DNA of 45,371 bases from Armatimonadota bacterium (GTDB lineage Bacteria; Vulcanimicrobiota; JACPDS01; JBDRKI01), in contig JBDRKI010000126.1 of the NCBI GenBank assembly GCA_043814095.1, forward strand, positions 1 to 45,371. The letters are read 5' to 3'. Shown here one piece after another: positions 39,812 to 45,371 of this stretch. The notes beneath the pieces are model-generated. The model ran no database searches and was not told where the DNA came from. It saw only the letters and a list, made by a program, of their open reading frames with translations. How positions within the stretch are numbered: position 1 is the first letter of the stretch; each line of letters opens with the position of its first letter. The position numbers and the translations under genes are program-made.

Positions 39812-41170
39812 ATGAACATTACAGGACCCCCAAAGGTTAAAATCATAGTCTTAAGCTGGAATAATAAAAATCTATTAAATAATATCCTTTTATCCCTCCG
39901 GAATACAGATTACTCCGATTTCAACATAACTGTCGTAGATAACGGCTCAACTGACGGCTCGCAAAACATGGTTGAAAAGGAATTCCCCAGTATGGAAATT
40001 ATTAAAAACAAGGAAAATTTGGGTGTAGGCAGAGGGTTTAATACAGGAATAAAACAAGCCCTAAAAGAAAAGAAATATAAATACATATGCCTCATAGACC
40101 AGGATCTTACGGTTGAGAAAAATACCTTAAAAGAGCTTGTAAAATTAATGGAAGAGAACCCTTCTGCAGGGCTTGCAGGCCCTAAAGTCATAAATGCGGA
40201 TTACCCTCATGTAATAATGGAAACAGGGGCTAAAATAGACTGGGAGAAAACAACTTCAGCCCCGTTCCAAAAAGGCAAGCTTGATGACCCCCATGAAGAA
40301 AGAATATTTAAAGCTGATTACATACCCTTAGGCTGTGCTACTCTTATGCGGACAGAAGCTCTTAACAAAGTAGGACTCTTAAAAGAGGGCTATTTCTATC
40401 TATGGGAGGATATAGATTGGGGAATGCGTTTTAAAGAATCCGGCTATAAAGTTCTGGCAACAACAAAAGCAAGAGTGCTGCACAGTGATATAACCCTTAA
40501 AAGAGGCAATCCGGTAACAAGGTACTACTCCTGCAGAAACTCCCTTTATTTTTTCCATAAACATTCCCCTGATGCAATATACAAACTTAAAAGCATACAG
40601 AGAGCATGGCTCTCCTACTTCTTTTATAAAATATGGGGATATGATAACTACGCATTTGCCTCCCGCAGAGCTATAAAAGATTTCTTTAAAAACAATACCG
40701 GCAAAACAGATGAAAAATTCGATATACCTGTAAAACATACAAAAATAAATGAAGATACATTAAGAAATACAAAGATTAAAAAAGTTTTAATCTTCCCTGA
40801 AGAAGCCGGTGAAGTACAAGCATCTATAGAAAAATTAAAAGAAATAACCGGTGATTTTAAGTTTGATGTTATTGTTGAGAAATACAAGAAAAACCAGTTT
40901 ATAAAACCAGACTACAAGGTGTTTACCTATGACATATACTCTGTAAAATCAAGTATAATGCTTCTTCTGGATATTACGAAAAACAACTATGATATAGTTT
41001 TAACCACCAAAGAAGTATTCTCGCCTGTAATCGGCCTTTGCAATTTTTTAAAACCCATACTGATCCTAAAAGATAATGAATTCTATATTAAAAAAAGAGA
41101 TACATCAATTCCTTTAAAGTATCTCTTTGCCTCTTCTGCCGCTAAATTCATGGCAAGCTTTAAAATTTAA
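39812..41170 (+). CDS. Glycosyltransferase family 2 with C-terminal extension
   Basis: IIVLSWN, VVDNGSTDGS, NLG...GFN.G, LIDQD, YFYLWEDIDW..R, YY..RN; about 150 extra C-terminal residues. Confidence 0.88.
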   Translation: MNITGPPKVKIIVLSWNNKNLLNNILLSLRNTDYSDFNITVVDNGSTDGSQNMVEKEFPSMEIIKNKENLGVGRGFNTGIKQALKEKKYKYICLIDQDLTVEKNTLKELVKLMEENPSAGLAGPKVINADYPHVIMETGAKIDWEKTTSAPFQKGKLDDPHEERIFKADYIPLGCATLMRTEALNKVGLLKEGYFYLWEDIDWGMRFKESGYKVLATTKARVLHSDITLKRGNPVTRYYSCRNSLYFFHKHSPDAIYKLKSIQRAWLSYFFYKIWGYDNYAFASRRAIKDFFKNNTGKTDEKFDIPVKHTKINEDTLRNTKIKKVLIFPEEAGEVQASIEKLKEITGDFKFDVIVEKYKKNQFIKPDYKVFTYDIYSVKSSIMLLLDITKNNYDIVLTTKEVFSPVIGLCNFLKPILILKDNEFYIKKRDTSIPLKYLFASSAAKFMASFKI

Positions 41171-41250
41171 AACCATAATCAGCTCATCCTTTTAAGAATA
41201 ACAAATATAGCCGTAAGATATTGCAAGGATATTATAAAACGCATGAGCAT

Positions 41251-41274
41251 AAAAAACAGGCATTGTGCCTGTTT
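41251..41274. terminator. Intrinsic terminator between the convergent GT2 gene and the TA genes
   Basis: AAACAGGCA-TTG-TGCCTGTTT perfect inverted repeat preceded by an A6 tract. Confidence 0.7.
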
Positions 41275-41398
41275 AAAAATTGACTCTGTGACCCCCATTT
41301 TTCATCGCACATTTTTCATTAACATACAAACTATTTAGCACTCTTAGATTTCAACAACACTATTACTAACCTCAATAACCGTTTGAACCCGCATATGA

Positions 41399-41692
41399 TC
41401 AAGAAGTACTTTTAGAGGCAACAAAAAAAATTTTCAAGCTTGCGCCGCAGGCCTTGGCAATCTTAGTCAAAAGTTCGATTCCATAATTGCTATAATTAGC
41501 GCTTTCATAACGGGAAATAGCCGATTTGGTAGTGTGTATTCGTTTAGCCAAGGCAGATTGAGTTAATTTAGCGTGATGACGCGTTTGGACGATTTGCTCC
41601 GCGATACAAAGATTTTGGTATTCCTGATCAAATTTTTCACTGAAATCTTTTTCAGTCATTAATTTATCCAGATATGTTTTATCCTTTTTCAT
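41399..41692 (-). CDS. XRE-family HTH antitoxin (HigA-like)
   Basis: R....LTQ..LA.RI.TT.SAISRYE HTH; overlaps the 3' end of the upstream toxin gene. Confidence 0.85.
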   Translation of the reverse strand: MKKDKTYLDKLMTEKDFSEKFDQEYQNLCIAEQIVQTRHHAKLTQSALAKRIHTTKSAISRYESANYSNYGIELLTKIAKACGASLKIFFVASKSTS

Positions 41693-42086
41693 AATATTTA
41701 CCCTCCCGCACTCTGCAAACGTAATCTTTTTTTATAACTCTGGCTATTTTTAAATCTTTTTTGCTCACTTTTTGAGATTTTTTTGTATAACCGTTAGTAA
41801 TGATTATTTTCTTTCCCTCGTAGAAAAAATTGAAGAACCGGTATTGCAGGGGTTTAAATTCATAGATTTTCTCTTTTGGATCTACTATTCTGAATTTTGT
41901 CACATCGAATATTTTACCCTGTTCGGCGATATATTTTACCAAAGCCGCCAGTTTTACTCTCGCATTTACATCTGCTTCTTCCAGATATTCTTTAGCCGGT
42001 ATATTTCCTGCCGAGGTAAAGTAAAACTCTGCTTGAAATTTTTCTCCCTGATAGAAAATATATTCTTCTTTTTTAGGCCTTGCCAC
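41679..42086 (-). CDS. RelE/ParE-superfamily toxin (HigB/Gp49-DUF891-like)
   Basis: FY....G..PAKEYL, IYEFK...YRFF.F....IIITNGYTKKSQK. Toxin-first order; GTG start with GAGGTG RBS. Confidence 0.85.
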   Translation of the reverse strand: MARPKKEEYIFYQGEKFQAEFYFTSAGNIPAKEYLEEADVNARVKLAALVKYIAEQGKIFDVTKFRIVDPKEKIYEFKPLQYRFFNFFYEGKKIIITNGYTKKSQKVSKKDLKIARVIKKDYVCRVREGKYYEKG

Positions 42087-42107
42087 ATATCACCTCTTCC
42101 CAAATAT

Positions 42108-42136
42108 ATGTTAGCATATTTGCTAACTTTTGTCAA
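42108..42136 (-). promoter_or_regulatory. TA operon promoter with palindromic operator
   Basis: Minus strand TTGACA-17 nt-TAACAT. Perfect palindrome GTTAGCA-N4-TGCTAAC at 42110-42127 lies inside it. Confidence 0.75.
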
Positions 42137-42170
42137 ATATTGATTTTACGAGAACCAAAAGCCCCCCATT

Positions 42171-42449
42171 TTTATTAAGAAGGTATATAAAGACAATCCG
42201 CTCATCTGTCCCAAATGTTCCGGACAGATGAGAATTATAGGGTTTATAGAAGAATCACAAGCAGTTAAATCAATCCTTAACTCCCTCAACCTCTGGGAAG
42301 TTCCGGTTAAGAAAGACCCGAAAAACGACAGGGCTCCTCCCAGAAAAAATACCCTCGCCTGTACAGATTACTGCACTGATATTGATTACGGCTGGGATGC
42401 GTACTGCAAAGATCCGGTCTGGGAAGATGAAATTCTAAAGGCGTCTTAA
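42171..42449 (+). pseudogene. C-terminal remnant of an IS91/ISCR-family rolling-circle transposase
   Basis: Frame reads FIKKVYKDNPLICPKCSGQMRIIGFIEESQAVKSILNSLNLW...RAPP, matching the IS91-type tail (LI.KVYE.DPL.CP.CGG.MRII.FI.....I..IL.HL....RAPP). The catalytic region is absent. Confidence 0.8.
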
Positions 42450-42638
42450 TTATTCATAAAACGAGATAGGTTAAGTATATTCTAAAATCAAATTTCCTTC
42501 AATCCGAGAATTTCTCCGCTCTATTAGCTCGTAGAAGACCATCATGATACTTTCATATTTTATAAGACTTCGGTCGAAATCAGCAAAAAATCAGAGTTTG
42601 ATATGATTTATATGACGAGATTGAAGGCTTCAAAACCT

Positions 42639-44225
42639 CTAAACATTCTTCATTTCTAAAATTCTATCCACGCGGAATGTTCTGCTTTCCTTGCGATTAA
42701 AACAAAAAGCCTTAACTCCAAGATATGTTTTGCCAAGATATTCCATCTCTCCCACAAACTCCGGCCGGATTATTCGCTTTGATTTTTCATCATTCGGCTT
42801 TAAGTAAATTACATCTAATTTTGACTTGCTTTTTATTGCATTTTCAATTATTTCAATTTTATCTTTCGTAGAACAGGTTTTTTCCGAAATTTTATATTGA
42901 TATTTTGTCACAAATTTTACTACCCGCCAATCCATAAAAATATGTTTTTTCTGAATCGGTTTTTTTAAGACAATTCCTTCTAGAGAAGTGCATCTGCTTA
43001 ACGCAACATACATCTGTCCGTGAGCAAATGTTCCCTTTCCGATATCTATTATAACCTTATTAAATGTTTTTCCTTGACTTTTATGAATAGTCACTGCCCA
43101 TGCAAGTTTTAAAGGATACTGGGTAAAGGAACCGACGGTTTTTGCTTCAATACTATTTGTTTCTTCATTGAGAAAGAAATTAAAAATTTCCCATGTATGC
43201 GGAGAAACTTTTACAATATTACCATCTATAAGTTCTACAATAATAATATCCTTATCATATTCTCTGTCATGCTCAATATCAACAATCCTTCCGATGCTTC
43301 CATTAATCCAGCGGGAACGCAGATCATTATTAAGCATCATAATTTGGGCGCCAATCTTTACGCAAAGTTCGGCAGGAGTTGGCAGATATTTTGAATCAAA
43401 ATCGCCTTGAATCTCTCCTTTATAATAATAAGGATTACCCTCCAGTTTCATCAATTGCCTGTTATTGATTTCTTCTGCCAATTTATTAGTGGTTGTAAGA
43501 TAAATATAAAAATCTTCTATATTATCTTTAAAATCAGGATTATACCTTTTATTAAGCGTTTTTAATCCCGCATCATCAATAGAGTTGTTGCGGATAGAAT
43601 TAAGAAGATTAATAAACGCCTCGTCTTTTTGACGGTAAATTTTTTCCAGTTCAATAAACTCCATGGAAAAATCATCAAATATTTTGGCAGAAAAGAAATA
43701 AGGGCTTTCGTATTGTTTTCTAAAAATTTCTCTTTCCCTCCCAACCACCACAGGAGGCAGCTGATACAGATCTCCTATAAAAATCATCTGTACGCCGCCA
43801 AAAGGCAGCTTGTGATTTTTGCCGTTAAGACGCAAAAATTTATCAACACAATCGAGCAAATCCGCGCGCACCATAGAGATTTCATCTATTATAACAGCTT
43901 CAAGCTTCTTATAAATTTTGATTTTTTTGCCGGATATTCTCTTTATTGCCCGAAGTGTGACATTCGGTTTAAATTTAAAAAAAGAATGGATGGTTTGACC
44001 CCGCACATTTACAGCCGCAACACCGGTCGGCGCCAGGACAACAGCCTTTTTCTTAGTGGTGTCGCGAAAATAATCAAGCAATGTGGATTTACCGGTACCG
44101 GCCTTTCCCGTAATAAAAATGTTCTTTCCCGTATTTTCCATTAAATCTAATGATAGAGCAAACTGTTCGTTGATCTCTATTTTTGTTTTACCCGTTAAAT
44201 TATCGGTGCGGTATTTTCGTTCCAT
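42639..44225 (-). CDS. PIF1-family SF1B DNA helicase with C-terminal WYL domain
   Basis: TGKAGTGKS, APTGVAAVN..GQTIHSFF, IDEISMVR, PFGGVQ...GDLYQLPPV, YRQKD, QYPLKLAWAVTIHKSQGKT, GQMYVALSR. WYL tail (Y....RIIRP...AFCFNRKESRTFRVDRI). Confidence 0.92.
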   Translation of the reverse strand: MERKYRTDNLTGKTKIEINEQFALSLDLMENTGKNIFITGKAGTGKSTLLDYFRDTTKKKAVVLAPTGVAAVNVRGQTIHSFFKFKPNVTLRAIKRISGKKIKIYKKLEAVIIDEISMVRADLLDCVDKFLRLNGKNHKLPFGGVQMIFIGDLYQLPPVVVGREREIFRKQYESPYFFSAKIFDDFSMEFIELEKIYRQKDEAFINLLNSIRNNSIDDAGLKTLNKRYNPDFKDNIEDFYIYLTTTNKLAEEINNRQLMKLEGNPYYYKGEIQGDFDSKYLPTPAELCVKIGAQIMMLNNDLRSRWINGSIGRIVDIEHDREYDKDIIIVELIDGNIVKVSPHTWEIFNFFLNEETNSIEAKTVGSFTQYPLKLAWAVTIHKSQGKTFNKVIIDIGKGTFAHGQMYVALSRCTSLEGIVLKKPIQKKHIFMDWRVVKFVTKYQYKISEKTCSTKDKIEIIENAIKSKSKLDVIYLKPNDEKSKRIIRPEFVGEMEYLGKTYLGVKAFCFNRKESRTFRVDRILEMKNV

Positions 44226-44249
44226 AATCTTATACCTTATCTCCTGTCT

Positions 44250-45371
44250 TTAAAAATGCAGGGCGATTTTTGAATTCTGCTTTATTACTTTAACCCGGCT
44301 TGTTAACGCGGGATCTCCCTTTACCGTTATATCCCTTGCCCCGTCCTCTTCTATCACTTTCTGAGCCTCATTTATATACAGCCTTAAACCGTCCATCTTC
44401 ATGCCGTAAAGCTTGCCGGAACCGCTGTCAGGCACACCGTTGGAATCAGGCCTGTAGACCGCCTTAGGCACACCGTTCACCCTGTACTCAAGTATGTTTT
44501 CTCCTACGAATACATACTCCCCCGCTTTTATATCATTCACATTTACAGGTCTGCTCTTCAGATGAGCTTTCACATCTTCTAACTTAAGCTCTGGTATCTC
44601 CTTATTAACGCCTTTCTCAAGTATATTCTCTAATGCCTCACCCTCTATAAGCTGGCCGGACTCCGCTACATACGCGTTCTGCCCCTGGGTCTTTATCCTG
44701 CCGCCGTTAAGATCTATCGTCCCTCCGGGATTTAACAGAACCACACTGCTCTCTTCATATGGAGCGTCATCCCAGAACTTGGAATATATCTGGGATGGCA
44801 GAAGGTCGGCAGAATCAACCACAAACCTGCAGTTATCGGCAAGATCCTTAATCTTTATCTGCCTGCTCGCCATCAATGGAGAATCACAGCCCCCGTAACC
44901 TAAAAGAGCAAAACCCGCAGCCACATACACTTCCTGCTGGCCGCATTTCCCCTTGGATATTATTAAAACAGAATCCTTGGGCACTATATCTGTCATGGTA
45001 TGCAGATCCCTGTTCTTTAAAAGATTATCATCCACGGTGGAAGGCTTGCCTATACGGTTATATGAAAGGTATTTGTTGAAACCGGAATCATAATGAGAAG
45101 GCAACTCAAAAGACACATAAAATGACATCTTCCTGCCGGAAAGCTTGTTTACAAGCTCCCCGGTAATACACTTATTACTCCCCTTAAACGTTACTGTTAC
45201 TTCCCCAAAATCCTTAACCGTATCACCCGATCCGCCTTCCCATTTATAATTCTTCTCTATCTCATTCTTTATATACTCAATTCCCATCATAGCGGCGCTG
45301 TACGCGTCTATCCTGTCTTCCTTTACTCTCATTAACTGCATATGACGGGGAACGAACATCTGTACAGTAAA
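44250..45371 (-). CDS. Hypothetical protein, PilX/minor-pilin-like N terminus; 5' end outside the window
   Basis: Frame stays open past ATG 45359 to the window edge (FTVQMFVP). AYSAAMMGIEY resembles the A..AAE.G...A motif that follows the PilX TM helix. Confidence 0.5.
   Translation of the reverse strand, partial: FTVQMFVPRHMQLMRVKEDRIDAYSAAMMGIEYIKNEIEKNYKWEGGSGDTVKDFGEVTVTFKGSNKCITGELVNKLSGRKMSFYVSFELPSHYDSGFNKYLSYNRIGKPSTVDDNLLKNRDLHTMTDIVPKDSVLIISKGKCGQQEVYVAAGFALLGYGGCDSPLMASRQIKIKDLADNCRFVVDSADLLPSQIYSKFWDDAPYEESSVVLLNPGGTIDLNGGRIKTQGQNAYVAESGQLIEGEALENILEKGVNKEIPELKLEDVKAHLKSRPVNVNDIKAGEYVFVGENILEYRVNGVPKAVYRPDSNGVPDSGSGKLYGMKMDGLRLYINEAQKVIEEDGARDITVKGDPALTSRVKVIKQNSKIALHF

Noticed and set aside
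42450-42638. oriIS end of the IS91-like element
   Set aside because: Only a weak AAATTTCCTTC resemblance near 42491, not enough to call an element end.

Overview
Bacterial chromosomal window, AT-rich, standard code 11, probably from an uncultured Terrabacteria-type lineage (inference from protein style only). From 1 to 19 kb it is mostly housekeeping: a YchF-like ATPase with degenerate G motifs, a DRG-like TGS GTPase, an orphan MalK-type ATPase, a PGI/PMI-fba-ROK operon, a large beta-propeller lipoprotein, uppP, two amidases around a YibQ-type deacetylase, and a DtxR-FeoB pair. A COG1373 ATPase gene and a Fic gene look inserted. From 19.9 to 41.2 kb lies a surface-glycan locus: PglF/PglD/PglC-like initiation genes interrupted by ettA, five glycosyltransferases, a MurJ-like flippase, a SAM methyltransferase, a flavoenzyme resembling eukaryote-type UDP-galactopyranose mutase, and five radical SAM enzymes (three B12-binding, two SPASM/Twitch). 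One B12 radical SAM gene has an in-frame TGA at a Gly-like position. This radical-SAM-rich glycan tailoring locus is the best candidate for an undescribed system. The right end has a HigBA-type toxin-antitoxin pair flanked by 11-bp direct repeats, an IS91-like remnant, a Pif1-WYL helicase and a partial PilX-like gene. An AGGA-N17/18-GAAT (sigma-H-like) promoter motif recurs upstream of several genes, some apparently leaderless. No rRNA, tRNA or CRISPR array was seen.
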